Shown one piece after another: positions 45,007-55,446 of a stretch of 64,000 nucleotides of DNA (the first letter of the stretch is position 1; each line of letters opens with the position of its first letter). The DNA lies in assembly GCA_017450655.1 (NCBI GenBank), contig JAFSTD010000005.1, forward strand, positions 4,862-68,861. Direction: 5' to 3'. Made by a program: the position numbers and the translations under genes. The notes beneath the pieces are model-generated. The model searched no databases and had not been told where the DNA came from. It saw only the letters and a program-made list of their open reading frames with translations. This DNA is from Bacteroidales bacterium. Lineage in GTDB: Bacteria > Bacteroidota > Bacteroidia > Bacteroidales > UBA932.

Positions 45007-48000
45007 TTACTCCTCTGTTGAAAGTTGCATGAATATATATTTCTGACGCTCCTTGGATTCTTTGTCTCTCTCACCGCTGCGGCTTACGAGGCCGTAGAAT
45101 ACAGGAACCACAATCAAGGTGATTATTGTAGATACCAGCAAACCGCCGATAACCACAATACCCATAGGGTGCCACATTTCAGAGCCTGAACCTCTGCTCA
45201 ACGCCATAGGGAGCATACCGAGCATGGTGGTGAAGGCTGTCATCAACACCGGACGCAGACGTGAATGGCCGGCAAGTGCGATTGCATCGTTAAGGGCATA
45301 TCCGCGGTCGCGCATCAGGTTGGTATAGTCCACCAGCACGATACCGTTCTTGACTACGATACCAACGAGCATTACCACACCCAGAGCGCCAATCAGGTCA
45401 AGTGTCGTACCGGTAATCCATAAGGCGAGAATTACACCGGTAAGGGCAAAAGGTATTGCCAGCATGATGATGGCAGGCTTGCTGAACGATTCGAACTGAG
45501 AAGCCATCACGATATAGACCAGAAGCATGATCAGCAGCAACAGAGTTGCCATATCGGAGAATGATTTCTGCATCTCTTCGAATGAACCCGAGATGTCCGT
45601 AGTCACTCCGTGAGGAACTGAGATTTCGTCCATGACACCGTTGATCTGCGCCGCCAGTTCTCCAAGGGAAACGTTGTATGGGGTAACGCTGACTTTCAGG
45701 TAACGCTGACGGTTCTTTCTTTCAATTGTCGGTGGAGAGAAATACTCCTCTATCGTGGCCAATTCACTCAGTTTCACTTTTGAACCTGTCGCGGTCGGAA
45801 TGGTAAGATTGAGAATGTCCGAAATGGAGTTACGGTTATCTTCCTGCAATCTGACGAGAATCGTATACTCCTCTCCGTCCTCTTTCAAGAATCCTGATGC
45901 AAGACCGTTGACACGGTTTCTCACATAGGTTGAAGCTATGCTGGTACTCAGACCGTGCATGGCAAGTTTCTCTTTGTCAAAATGAACCATCATTTCAGGA
46001 CGCTCTTTATCACGGCTCAGGACAATGTCGCGAGCGCCCGGAACTTTCTCCAATATTGCATTCTTAAGGTCTTCCGCGAAGATGTTGGTCTCATCGAAAT
46101 CATATCCGTAAACGTCTATGTCCACGCTTCCGCCACCGCCCATGCCCATTCCGCTGGATGCGTTACACTGATACCTGATAATCTGAGGATATGAAGCCAA
46201 TTCTTTACGCATAACCTCGGCTATCTGCTGGATACTCCTTTCGCGTTCCTCCTTCTTTGAACAAACTACGGTCATGGAGATTTTGCTGTTGGTAGTTGAG
46301 GTGAACATCGCTCCGATACCCGCATTGTCATCACTACCTGCTGTAGTTGAGATTCTTTCAATCTCCGGAACCAATTCATTGAAACGGGTCTCGAGAATTC
46401 TGGCAAGCTTGATAGTCTCGTCCACTTTGGTTCCATTCTGAAGCTCAACGGTTACGCTGAGACGACCGGAATCGCTTTCCTGCATAAAGTCGGTACCGAT
46501 TTTACCGGTAACCAGAGGCAGAAGCGATGCCGCGAAAATGAGCAGCGCCAAGAACAAAGTCAAAAACTTGTGACTCAGACAAAATCTCAAAACATTAGCA
46601 TAGAAATTGTCGAGTTTGTCCATAAGTCTGATAACCACTTTATCGTAAAATCCCTCCTTCTTTTTAACCTCAATCAAGCGACCGTCTTTATCTACGGCGA
46701 CTTCCTTCGCCTTGAGAAGTTGAGAGCACAGCATAGGAGTGAGGGATATTGCTACGACCGTAGAGGTGCAGACTACTATCGTCACAATCCAACCAAGCTC
46801 TTTGAACAGAATACCGGCCATACCGTTAAGCATTGTCAGCGGCACGAATACGGCTACGATGACGAGGGTTGTGGCGATAACCGAAGTCCATACCTCATTT
46901 GTGGCGTAGATAGCCGCATCGCGAGGATTGGTTCCACGGTCAATGTGCTTGGTAATATTCTCCAGAACCACAATTGCATCATCCACCACCATACCGATTG
47001 CCACCGTCAGAGAACAGAGCGAAATGATGTTCAAAGAACTGTTGGCCAACGCAAGGTATATGAACGCCACAATCAATGCTATCGGGATTGTAATGGCAAT
47101 TATGAAGGTTGCTCTCCATTTTCCGAGGAAGAACAGCACCACAATTACGACGAAAAGAAGGGCGTAAAGAATGGATTCTTCGAGAGAACCGATTGCATCC
47201 TCAATGTCTTCGGAGGTATCGAAAAGAACCTGTATGTTGACGTCCGACGGGAGCTGCTTGACAATCTTGTCCATTTCCCTGCGGACATCCTTACATATTT
47301 GCACTGCATTCGCATCGGAACGGCGGGTAATCATAATTCTCACGCCATCCTCACCGTTGATCTTCTGATCAAGGGAAAGGTCTTTGATGGTATCCCTGAC
47401 GTTTGCAATGTCCTTTACAAAAATCTGCTGACCCGTCGGAGTCGTGGTAACGACTATGTCCTCTATCTCGCTGCTCTCCTTGTACTCACTGCGGACCTGC
47501 AGGTTATACTGCTCTTTGTCCATCTTCACAAGGCCGGAAGAGAGATTGATGTTGTTGGCGGAAATAGCCTGACCGACCGCCTCTACAGTAAGATTGTAAG
47601 TGTCCAGTTTGTACTGATCCAGGTCCACGTAGATGTAACGGTCAGGAGCTCCGGTTATGGAGATATTTCCGATGCCGTCGACTCTGTTAAGCTGAGGGAC
47701 GACGATGTCGTTGAGCAACTTGTCCAGTCCTGCATAACTCTCCTTAGCCGTAACGGAATAGTTGATGATAGGCATTGAGCTGGAACTGAACTTGAAAATG
47801 TACGGGTTGCTGCATCCGTTAGGAAGGTTATCCTTGAGCATATCCACGTAAGAGCGGATATCGTTCATCACCTCGTCCAAATCGGTGCCCCACTCCATCT
47901 CCAACATCACCATTGACATATTGTCACGTGAAGTGGATGTCATATTCTTCAAGCCGTCTACCGAGTTAAGGCTATTCTCGACGAGCTTGGTCACATTCTC

Positions 48001-48180
48001 CTCTACCTCACTGGCGTTCGCACCCGGATACGTGGTCATTACCGTAACATACGGCGGCTCCATCTCCGGGAACTGTGCGATAGGCAGTCTCGAGAAGCTG
48101 AAAAGGCCTATCACAATCACCGCAACGAAGACCAAAAGCGTCGTTACGGGTTTATTTATCGCGGTTTTGTAAATACTCAT
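45007..48180 (-). CDS. RND efflux transporter permease (AcrB/HAE1-like)
   Basis: 1057 aa with 12-TM duplicated architecture and typical AcrB N-terminus (INKPVTTLLVFVAVIVIGLFSF). Confidence 0.93.
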   Translation of the reverse strand: MSIYKTAINKPVTTLLVFVAVIVIGLFSFSRLPIAQFPEMEPPYVTVMTTYPGANASEVEENVTKLVENSLNSVDGLKNMTSTSRDNMSMVMLEMEWGTDLDEVMNDIRSYVDMLKDNLPNGCSNPYIFKFSSSSMPIINYSVTAKESYAGLDKLLNDIVVPQLNRVDGIGNISITGAPDRYIYVDLDQYKLDTYNLTVEAVGQAISANNINLSSGLVKMDKEQYNLQVRSEYKESSEIEDIVVTTTPTGQQIFVKDIANVRDTIKDLSLDQKINGEDGVRIMITRRSDANAVQICKDVRREMDKIVKQLPSDVNIQVLFDTSEDIEDAIGSLEESILYALLFVVIVVLFFLGKWRATFIIAITIPIALIVAFIYLALANSSLNIISLCSLTVAIGMVVDDAIVVLENITKHIDRGTNPRDAAIYATNEVWTSVIATTLVIVAVFVPLTMLNGMAGILFKELGWIVTIVVCTSTVVAISLTPMLCSQLLKAKEVAVDKDGRLIEVKKKEGFYDKVVIRLMDKLDNFYANVLRFCLSHKFLTLFLALLIFAASLLPLVTGKIGTDFMQESDSGRLSVTVELQNGTKVDETIKLARILETRFNELVPEIERISTTAGSDDNAGIGAMFTSTTNSKISMTVVCSKKEERERSIQQIAEVMRKELASYPQIIRYQCNASSGMGMGGGGSVDIDVYGYDFDETNIFAEDLKNAILEKVPGARDIVLSRDKERPEMMVHFDKEKLAMHGLSTSIASTYVRNRVNGLASGFLKEDGEEYTILVRLQEDNRNSISDILNLTIPTATGSKVKLSELATIEEYFSPPTIERKNRQRYLKVSVTPYNVSLGELAAQINGVMDEISVPHGVTTDISGSFEEMQKSFSDMATLLLLIMLLVYIVMASQFESFSKPAIIMLAIPFALTGVILALWITGTTLDLIGALGVVMLVGIVVKNGIVLVDYTNLMRDRGYALNDAIALAGHSRLRPVLMTAFTTMLGMLPMALSRGSGSEMWHPMGIVVIGGLLVSTIITLIVVPVFYGLVSRSGERDKESKERQKYIFMQLSTEE

Positions 48181-48182
48181 CT

Positions 48183-49202
48183 TTAATAAACTTTAACTAC
48201 TTTAAGAGTTACTCCGTCTACAAGTTTCTCTGCTCCGGTAGTAACAACTTCCACTCCTTCACTTATTTCATTGGCTATAACTTCGATTCTGTCATCATAG
48301 CGAGCTCCCAACTTGACGAAAACACGTTTTGCCTTGCCGTTGTCGTTCAGATAAATGTAACGCTCGTTAGAGCCGGTAAGTCTTTGAACGCATTGATAAG
48401 GGACAAGCATTGCATTCTCACTTGCAAGAGCAAGAATTGCGTGACAGTACATTCCCGGACGGAGAAGCTTTGCAGAATTGTTGATCTTCACTCTTACTGA
48501 GAATGTGTGGCTGGACGGGTCTATCACAGGGAAGATCTGGTCAACCACTCCTACAAATGTGTCGGAAGGATATACGTCTGATTTTAAAGTCACCTGCATA
48601 CCTTCTTTAATCATCGGGAAGTATGCCTCGGGAACGTTGATCATCAGCTTGAGAGTTTTGATCTCGCTCATAGAGAGAATGTACTGGCCGGAATAAAGCT
48701 CGCCGTTCTCATAGTTCTTGGCGGTAATCACTCCGTCGAATTCTGCTCTGACGAAAGTATTCTTCTCCAGGAAACGGAGCTGCTCCGCAGCCTGGTTCAG
48801 ACCTGTTTTCGCCTGGTCATAAGCTTGCCGTGAAATGGCTCCGGTTGAAACCAGGGTCTCCATTCTTGCACAGTCGGTCTTTAAATTCTCGTAAGACAAT
48901 TTAGCTGTATTATATTGCTGAGGGTCCATCTGAACCAGCAAAGCGCCTTTCTTTACTTCATCTCCGGCAAGGACATAAATCTTCTGGATAATACCGGTTA
49001 CCGAAGGGGCTATATTCTGAGTAGTATAGCCTTGAAGGGTTGAGGAAAGGTTCAACTCACGAGAGACTTCCACACTTTTCAGGATAGTGGTCTCCACAAC
49101 TTCTTCTCTTTCTACTTCGACTTCCTCTACTTTTGGCTTGCATCCGCTCATGATAAATGCGAGCGAGAGAATAATCAGCAATGATTGTTCAATTCTTTTC
49201 AT
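48183..49202 (-). CDS. RND efflux periplasmic adaptor (membrane fusion) lipoprotein
   Basis: Lipobox FIMSGC with a barrel-sandwich/hairpin pattern, between TolC and the RND permease. Confidence 0.9.
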   Translation of the reverse strand: MKRIEQSLLIILSLAFIMSGCKPKVEEVEVEREEVVETTILKSVEVSRELNLSSTLQGYTTQNIAPSVTGIIQKIYVLAGDEVKKGALLVQMDPQQYNTAKLSYENLKTDCARMETLVSTGAISRQAYDQAKTGLNQAAEQLRFLEKNTFVRAEFDGVITAKNYENGELYSGQYILSMSEIKTLKLMINVPEAYFPMIKEGMQVTLKSDVYPSDTFVGVVDQIFPVIDPSSHTFSVRVKINNSAKLLRPGMYCHAILALASENAMLVPYQCVQRLTGSNERYIYLNDNGKAKRVFVKLGARYDDRIEVIANEISEGVEVVTTGAEKLVDGVTLKVVKVY

Positions 49203-49214
49203 ATATGTACAGTT

Positions 49215-50537
49215 TTATTTATTCAAAAGTTTTTCCAGATTTATCTGAGCTTCAACCAGCGTCATGACAGACTGCATGTAAGCGGACTGAGCGGCTATGA
49301 GGGTATTGGACGTCGTGGTCATTTCCATGGCCGAAGACAACCCTTGCTCATACTTAGCCTTGATGTTGTTGAACACTTTCTGCGTCACGTCGAGATTCTC
49401 TTTCTGCACACAGTAATTCTCGTAAGCATTCGTAAGATTGTAGCACAGCTGCTTGTAATTGATCAGAATGCTTTTCTCGGTCGTATTCAGAGTATTCAAC
49501 TGCTTCTCATAGGCGTACTTAGCGGCCTGAATGGTCTTGGTTTTGCCAAGCGATGAGAAAACCGGAATTGAAAGGGTGACGCCTATCATATTAGGAGGCG
49601 TCATGTTCATTCTGGCCTCATCCGAGAAATAGTGCTTGTAATTGTATTGATAGCGTGCCGACAATGTAGGAGAAAGCGCCCACTTTGCAGCATTGAGCTG
49701 CTGCTTGCTAAGCTCCGTATTCTTCTGCAACAGCTGATAATCGTAATTATTCTCTATGTTGAAGTCTTCTCCCATCAGCGCCATATAAGAAGCGTCGTCG
49801 AGGATATCCTCCAGAGGCTGGGTCAATATCAATTCCGTAGTGGGCTCAAGGTCGAGCAGGAGCTTGATTGCGTTGTAAACCATCTCCAGAGAGCGTTCAG
49901 CCGATGCCTGAGAATTCTTCAGAGTGGCCAGTTGTACAGCAAGCTGATCGGCGGCTGTCTGCTCTGAGACTCCTACCTCAACACTCTTGGCCGTCATATT
50001 ATACAGAGAATTCATACTCTCTACATTCTGGCCGAGAAGTGAAATGATTCTCTCTGAGACGAGAGCCGAGAAATAGAGTTGTTTTGCCTGGGAGCGAATG
50101 TCCAATTCGGTCTTTTGCAGATTGATGTCGGACATTTTGGCTGTTATCTCATTAATTTTTGCATTAACCACCATAGCGCCGTTGAAGGCAAGTGACGCCG
50201 ACACTCCCAAGGTGGCGTTGGCAGGCATTGAGATTTGCATCTGCCCCAAATCCATCTTATAACCGAGCATGTCGGTGTAATCTGCAGTTGCGCTTATCTG
50301 AGGCAACATATTGGCTATAGCCACCCACTTGTTGGCTTTAGCGGCCTGTACGTCATATGCAGCACTCTTAAGATTATTGTTCCTCTCTACGGCCATCTGC
50401 TCCAAATCTCTCAAGGAGAGGTGCAGCACATTGTCCGAATCTTGCAAGCTGCCGGCGAAAACTGCCGGACAATTAAACAGAAAAAGGAGCGTTGCAAGCG
50501 ACAAAATGGCTTCAGTCAATTTCTTACTTGATTTCAT
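49215..50537 (-). CDS. TolC-family outer-membrane efflux protein
   Basis: Signal peptide and duplicated OEP repeats; first gene of the efflux operon. Confidence 0.88.
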   Translation of the reverse strand: MKSSKKLTEAILSLATLLFLFNCPAVFAGSLQDSDNVLHLSLRDLEQMAVERNNNLKSAAYDVQAAKANKWVAIANMLPQISATADYTDMLGYKMDLGQMQISMPANATLGVSASLAFNGAMVVNAKINEITAKMSDINLQKTELDIRSQAKQLYFSALVSERIISLLGQNVESMNSLYNMTAKSVEVGVSEQTAADQLAVQLATLKNSQASAERSLEMVYNAIKLLLDLEPTTELILTQPLEDILDDASYMALMGEDFNIENNYDYQLLQKNTELSKQQLNAAKWALSPTLSARYQYNYKHYFSDEARMNMTPPNMIGVTLSIPVFSSLGKTKTIQAAKYAYEKQLNTLNTTEKSILINYKQLCYNLTNAYENYCVQKENLDVTQKVFNNIKAKYEQGLSSAMEMTTTSNTLIAAQSAYMQSVMTLVEAQINLEKLLNK

Positions 50538-50571
50538 ATATATGTCAAAAAAATATGCTGAATAATTGGCG

Positions 50572-50579
50572 CAAATTTA
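50572..50579 (-). promoter_or_regulatory. -7 promoter box TAAATTTG
   Basis: Perfect TAnnTTTG, 34 nt upstream of the TolC ATG at 50537. Confidence 0.5.
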
Positions 50580-50602
50580 GTACCAATCTGTCAAAGAATC
50601 AT

Positions 50603-50610
50603 TAAATTTG
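50603..50610 (+). promoter_or_regulatory. -7 promoter box TAAATTTG
   Basis: Perfect TAnnTTTG, 42 nt upstream of the kbl ATG at 50653. Confidence 0.5.
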
Positions 50611-50652
50611 TACTTTATCCTACTGATTTGAAACAAATATTCATTTTTTGTT

Positions 50653-51843
50653 ATGTATAAGAACTTCAAAAACTATCTGACTGCAGAACTGCAGGCTATC
50701 AAAGATGCAGGACTGTACAAAGACGAACGCGTCATTACAACCGCTCAACAAGCGGTTATCAAGGTCAGTTCAGGCGCTGAGGTGATCAATTTCTGCGCTA
50801 ACAACTATCTCGGTCTGGCTAACAATCCACAACTGATTGCAGCTGCCAAAGAGGCGCTCGATTCTCATGGCTACGGTATGTCTTCAGTCCGCTTCATTTG
50901 CGGTACAGGAGACCTTCACAAAGAGCTTGAGGCTAAGATCGCCGAGTTCTTCGGGACGGAGGATACCATTCTCTACGCTTCATGCTTTGATGCAAACGGC
51001 GGTGTGTTCGAGCCTCTGCTTGACGAGAATGATGCCATCATATCTGACGCCTTGAACCACGCTTCAATTATCGACGGTGTACGTCTTTGCAAGGCAGTTC
51101 GCTACCGCTACGCAAATGCGAATATGGAAGAACTGGAGCAATGTCTTATCAAAGCTCAGGCTCAGCGCCATCGCATCATCGTGACCGACGGTGTATTCTC
51201 AATGGACGGCAACGTAGCCCCTCTTGACAAGATTCACGCTTTGGCAGAGAAATACGATGCTATGGTAATGGTTGATGAAAGCCACTCTGCCGGTGTCGTT
51301 GGACACACCGGACGCGGTACTACGGAGCAATTCAACCTTCGCGGACAGATTGAGATTTTGACCGGAACCCTTGGTAAAGCTTTCGGCGGCGCCGTGGGTG
51401 GATTTACGACAGGAAAGAAGGAGATTATAGCTATGTTACGTCAACGCAGCCGTCCATACCTGTTCTCCAACTCTATTCCTCCTATGATTGCCGCTGCAGG
51501 TATCAAAATGTTCGATATGATGTCTGCTACAAATGAGCTGCAAGACAAGCTTCACGCAAATACCGACTATTTCGTATCTCAGATGAAAGCTGCCGGTTTC
51601 GATATCAAGCCTACCCAGTCAGCTATCTGCGCCGTAATGCTTTATGACGCAAAACTGTCTCAAGTCATGGCAGCCAGACTTCAGGAAGAGGGTATTTACG
51701 TGACCGGATTCTACTATCCTGTAGTTCCTAAAGACCAGGCTCGTATCCGCGTTCAGGTTAGCGCTGGACACGAAAAAGAGCATCTTGACAAATGTATCGC
51801 TGCATTTACCAAGATCGGTAAGGAACTCGGAGTCATCAAATAA
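50653..51843 (+). CDS. kbl: Glycine C-acetyltransferase (2-amino-3-ketobutyrate CoA ligase)
   Basis: Alpha-oxoamine synthase pattern with PLP lysine region GTLGKAFGG. No tdh adjacent. Confidence 0.9.
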   Translation: MYKNFKNYLTAELQAIKDAGLYKDERVITTAQQAVIKVSSGAEVINFCANNYLGLANNPQLIAAAKEALDSHGYGMSSVRFICGTGDLHKELEAKIAEFFGTEDTILYASCFDANGGVFEPLLDENDAIISDALNHASIIDGVRLCKAVRYRYANANMEELEQCLIKAQAQRHRIIVTDGVFSMDGNVAPLDKIHALAEKYDAMVMVDESHSAGVVGHTGRGTTEQFNLRGQIEILTGTLGKAFGGAVGGFTTGKKEIIAMLRQRSRPYLFSNSIPPMIAAAGIKMFDMMSATNELQDKLHANTDYFVSQMKAAGFDIKPTQSAICAVMLYDAKLSQVMAARLQEEGIYVTGFYYPVVPKDQARIRVQVSAGHEKEHLDKCIAAFTKIGKELGVIK

Positions 51844-51860
51844 TCACCGGTTCGAAACAA

Positions 51861-51895
51861 AGAGAGGGGCACTGAAAAGCGCCCCTCTTTTTTTG
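51861..51895. terminator. Rho-independent terminator after kbl (convergent with the fucose operon)
   Basis: AGAGGGGC-(10 nt)-GCCCCTCT stem followed by T7. Confidence 0.75.
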
Positions 51896-51909
51896 TCATT
51901 GCATTAAGA

Positions 51910-52731
51910 CTATTCCACTCTGGTCTTAGGGAGTTTATAGAACTCCTGTATTTCCTTCATGGCTTCGTCGGTCATACCGTCCGGCTCAAATCCCATATTA
52001 CGGGCGCACATATATATCTGTGCGCTCTTGTTGAGCACGTCAATCTGATCAAACGCATCCATAACGTCTTTGCCGACGGCAAAAGCGCCGTGTTTCTCCC
52101 AAAGGACTACGTCATAGGTCTTGATCTGCTCCATCAAAGACTCAGCGAGATTCAAAGAACCCGGCATTTCGTATCTTGAAACGCCCAGTCCGAGAGGAGC
52201 GAACACCAGTGTCTCAGGGATCATTGACCAGAGTACCTTAGTCAAAACATCCTTCTTGAGGAACTTCTCGGTATGGCTCATAGCAACGAGCTCGATAGGG
52301 TGGGTATGCACAGTAGCCTTGTAAGAAGAGCCTGTACTGATAATGTAATTATGAACTCCAAGGTGAGAAGGCAACTCGGAAGTCGGTTTTACAGGGTTAT
52401 CTGCAATCATCTCATAATGAGCACAGTCATCACAAATACGTATGATACAGCCATTCTCCATAGGACGACGTGCCAGGTCACGCATCTTGCGATTGGTTCC
52501 CTTGCAGTAGAAGAAACAGCCCTTCAGACAAGAGAATGTATCTCCTATTTCAATTGCCGGAGCCAAAGCCGGCAACTTCTTCAATTCGTCATCCACGAAT
52601 TCGGTTATATTGACCACTATATTTCCACCATTTCTTTCGGCCCAACCCTTTTGCCAGAGATATCCGGCTACTTCTGCTATTCTTTCTATCTCCGCAGCGA
52701 GCTTAGGTCGTTTTTCTAATACAGAATTCAT
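51910..52731 (-). CDS. Class II aldolase, rhamnulose-1-phosphate aldolase (RhaD) type
   Basis: KGWAERNGGN, PTSELPSHL and the HTHP metal-site region closely parallel E. coli RhaD. 273 aa, versus about 215 aa for FucA. Confidence 0.8.
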   Translation of the reverse strand: MNSVLEKRPKLAAEIERIAEVAGYLWQKGWAERNGGNIVVNITEFVDDELKKLPALAPAIEIGDTFSCLKGCFFYCKGTNRKMRDLARRPMENGCIIRICDDCAHYEMIADNPVKPTSELPSHLGVHNYIISTGSSYKATVHTHPIELVAMSHTEKFLKKDVLTKVLWSMIPETLVFAPLGLGVSRYEMPGSLNLAESLMEQIKTYDVVLWEKHGAFAVGKDVMDAFDQIDVLNKSAQIYMCARNMGFEPDGMTDEAMKEIQEFYKLPKTRVE

Positions 52732-52734
52732 AAT

Positions 52735-54168
52735 CTACTTAGTAATTTCATTGAACTTTTTATAAATCTTCTCCCATTCACCGGTATTCTCCGGAGAATA
52801 AGAAACTGTCTCCACAGATGCGAGAACCTCACTTCTTGAAAGGCCTGCCTGAACCATCACGTTTCCGATGGCAGTACACTCGGTAGGACCTGCAACCACT
52901 GGAATGCCGAGAACGTTGGCGGTAAACTGGTTGACAAGGGCGTTCCTTGATCCGCCACCGATAATATGCAATACCTCGACAGGCTTCGGAGACAACTTCT
53001 TAAGGTAGTCGAACACCTGACGGTATCTGAGAGCGAGACTTTCAAATATGCATCTTGTAAACTGAGCCTGAGTCTGAGGCACCTTCTGACCTGTCTTACT
53101 GCAGTAATCGGCAATAGCCTTGGTCATAGACTGAGGATTGGCAAAAGAGACGTCATCCGGATTGATCAGAGACACAAACGGCTCGGATTTCTGAGCATCG
53201 GCAATCAATGCACCGTATTCGGTATCAGGCCATTCACGACGGCAGCTCTCGAGGAGCCACATTCCGCAGATATTCTTCAGGAAGCGGATCTTTCCTCCTA
53301 CACCGCCTTCGTTCGTAAGGTTAGCCTTGAAGCACTCTTCGGAAACGATAGGCTCGTCAAGCTCCACTCCCATAAGACTCCAGGTACCTGAACTCAGGTA
53401 AGCGAAATTAGGAGTCGTCGCAGGAACGGCAGCCACTGCAGAGGCGGTATCATGCTCGCCCACAGCCATCACAGGGATTGCCCCCAGACCTGTCTCTTCC
53501 TGAACTTCTCGAGTCAGCGTGCCGACCACAGTCCCCGGAAGAACTACAGGAGCGAACTGCTTGGCAGAAATGCCAAGGACAGAAAGAACCTTCTCGTCAA
53601 ACTGCTTGGTGAAAGGATTGATCAGTGAAGAGGTAGAGGCTATGGAATACTCCGTAACCGCATTCCCGGTCAGCATATACGACAGCGCGTCCGGCATAAA
53701 GAGAATCTTGTCGGCCACTTTGAGGGCGGCGTCATTCTCTTTGTTGAGGGCCGCGAGCTGGAAGATTGAGTTTATGCTCTCAATCTGGATACCCGTACGG
53801 GAGAACAATTCTTCCCTGGTGAATTTGGTGAAGAACCACTCCATACCACCCCTTGAGTAAGGGTCTCTATAGCAGTGAGGGTTCCCGAGCAAAGCTCCGT
53901 CCTTGTTGAACAAAGCGAAATCCACACCCCAGGTATCAATACCTATCGATTCGATCTTCACGCTGAGGAAAGCCGCTTTCTTGAGGCCGCCCAATATCTC
54001 CCGATACAGTGAGAGAATGTCCCAGTAGTCGTGACCGGCTACCTTTACGATATGATTCGGGAAGCGAGCCAACTCTTCGAGGGATATATTGCCTGCACCG
54101 ACTTTGGCCAGCATTACCCTTCCGCTGGTCGCCCCGAGATCTATCGCTATATAATTCTTTTCCATCAA
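52735..54168 (-). CDS. FGGY sugar kinase, rhamnulokinase (RhaB) type
   Basis: IAIDLGATSGRVMLA, SIGIDTWGVDF and CYRD parallel E. coli RhaB rather than FucK. Confidence 0.8.
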   Translation of the reverse strand: MMEKNYIAIDLGATSGRVMLAKVGAGNISLEELARFPNHIVKVAGHDYWDILSLYREILGGLKKAAFLSVKIESIGIDTWGVDFALFNKDGALLGNPHCYRDPYSRGGMEWFFTKFTREELFSRTGIQIESINSIFQLAALNKENDAALKVADKILFMPDALSYMLTGNAVTEYSIASTSSLINPFTKQFDEKVLSVLGISAKQFAPVVLPGTVVGTLTREVQEETGLGAIPVMAVGEHDTASAVAAVPATTPNFAYLSSGTWSLMGVELDEPIVSEECFKANLTNEGGVGGKIRFLKNICGMWLLESCRREWPDTEYGALIADAQKSEPFVSLINPDDVSFANPQSMTKAIADYCSKTGQKVPQTQAQFTRCIFESLALRYRQVFDYLKKLSPKPVEVLHIIGGGSRNALVNQFTANVLGIPVVAGPTECTAIGNVMVQAGLSRSEVLASVETVSYSPENTGEWEKIYKKFNEITK

Positions 54169-54177
54169 AATCCTGAA

Positions 54178-55446
54178 TTACTTTTTCAATTCTTTGGCTC
54201 TGCGCAAACCATAGAGAGTAACCATTAGGAAACAGAACAGAGGAAGCACGAAGCTGACGTTGACTGCCGGATGATTTGCGACTGTACCCAAGTCAATGAT
54301 CTTGCCTTGAAGCAGTGGCATGAATGAGCCACCGACAATTGCCATCACAAGAAATGCAGCACCGATTGTGCTGTCTTCCGCGCTGACATTCTCAAGTGAA
54401 ATACCATAAATTGTAGGGAACATAAGTGACATGAACGCACTTACGCAAATGAGGCAGATGACTCCGTGCATACCTACGAAACAGATAGCTCCCAATGTGC
54501 AGAGGGCGGCTCCCGTACCGAAAATTGCAAGGAGTTTGCGTGAATTGACATACTTCATCAGGAATGTAGCTACAAATCTGAAAGTAAGGAAAGAACCCAT
54601 CGCAATGATGTTGAACTTCTGAGCTGTAGCTTTATCTATGCCGAGATTGCCTGCATACTGAATGATGAAGGTCCAAGTCATAATCTGTGCACCAACATAG
54701 AACATCTGGGTAAGCACACCTTCACGGTATGGCTTGTTTGTCCAGAGGTTATGGAAAGTCCTGCCTAAACTCAAATCCTCTCTGTCGCCCTGTGTCTTAG
54801 GCATCTTCGCCAAAGCAATTATCACAAGGACAAACGTCACAACGCAACCTAAAGCCACATAAGCATTTCTGATAACGTGGATGTCGCTGGTCACTTCAGC
54901 TTCCGTAAGAACCGCACCAGGCGTATTGCTGACAAGGTTAGGAAGAACCACCCAGGCTGCGACTGCCATACCCATGAGAGAACCCATCGGGTTGAAAGCC
55001 TGCGCCAGGTTCAGTCTTCTGGTTGCAGTCTCCTTGGAACCGAGAGAGAGAATGAAAGGATTCGCTGTAGTCTCAAGAAACGCAAGTCCGAATGTGAGGA
55101 TGTACAGTGAGACACAGAAAAATACAAAACTCTGCAGCGCAGCAGCAGGAATGAACAGAAATGCTCCGACTGCATAGAGTGTAAGTCCGAGGAGGATACC
55201 GCTCTTGTAGCTGAACCTTCTGATGAATAACGCTGCCGGCAAAGCCATAGTAAAATAACCACCGTAGAAAGCGGCCTGAATCCAGGCAGCTTTTGCTGCA
55301 GGAAGCTTCAGAATACTCTGAAACGCTGCTACCATAGGGTTGGTGATATCATTCGCAAATCCCCACAACGCAAAGAGTGTGGTGATAAGAATGAACGGAA
55401 GTAAAAACTTCCGTTCAACCAGTTTACTGCTACCTTCCATCTCCAT
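54178..55446 (-). CDS. fucP: L-fucose:H+ symporter (MFS)
   Basis: 12-TM MFS with the FucP N-terminal pattern (FALWGFANDITNPMV). Confidence 0.85.
   Translation of the reverse strand: MEMEGSSKLVERKFLLPFILITTLFALWGFANDITNPMVAAFQSILKLPAAKAAWIQAAFYGGYFTMALPAALFIRRFSYKSGILLGLTLYAVGAFLFIPAAALQSFVFFCVSLYILTFGLAFLETTANPFILSLGSKETATRRLNLAQAFNPMGSLMGMAVAAWVVLPNLVSNTPGAVLTEAEVTSDIHVIRNAYVALGCVVTFVLVIIALAKMPKTQGDREDLSLGRTFHNLWTNKPYREGVLTQMFYVGAQIMTWTFIIQYAGNLGIDKATAQKFNIIAMGSFLTFRFVATFLMKYVNSRKLLAIFGTGAALCTLGAICFVGMHGVICLICVSAFMSLMFPTIYGISLENVSAEDSTIGAAFLVMAIVGGSFMPLLQGKIIDLGTVANHPAVNVSFVLPLFCFLMVTLYGLRRAKELKK

Noticed and set aside
46570-47778. 402-aa plus-strand ORF antisense to the RND permease gene.
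   Set aside because: It lies entirely inside a well-supported 1057-aa AcrB-family gene. Its translation is His/Cys/Arg/Asp-rich with no protein-like pattern. Long antisense ORFs are a known by-product of codon bias in large membrane-protein genes.
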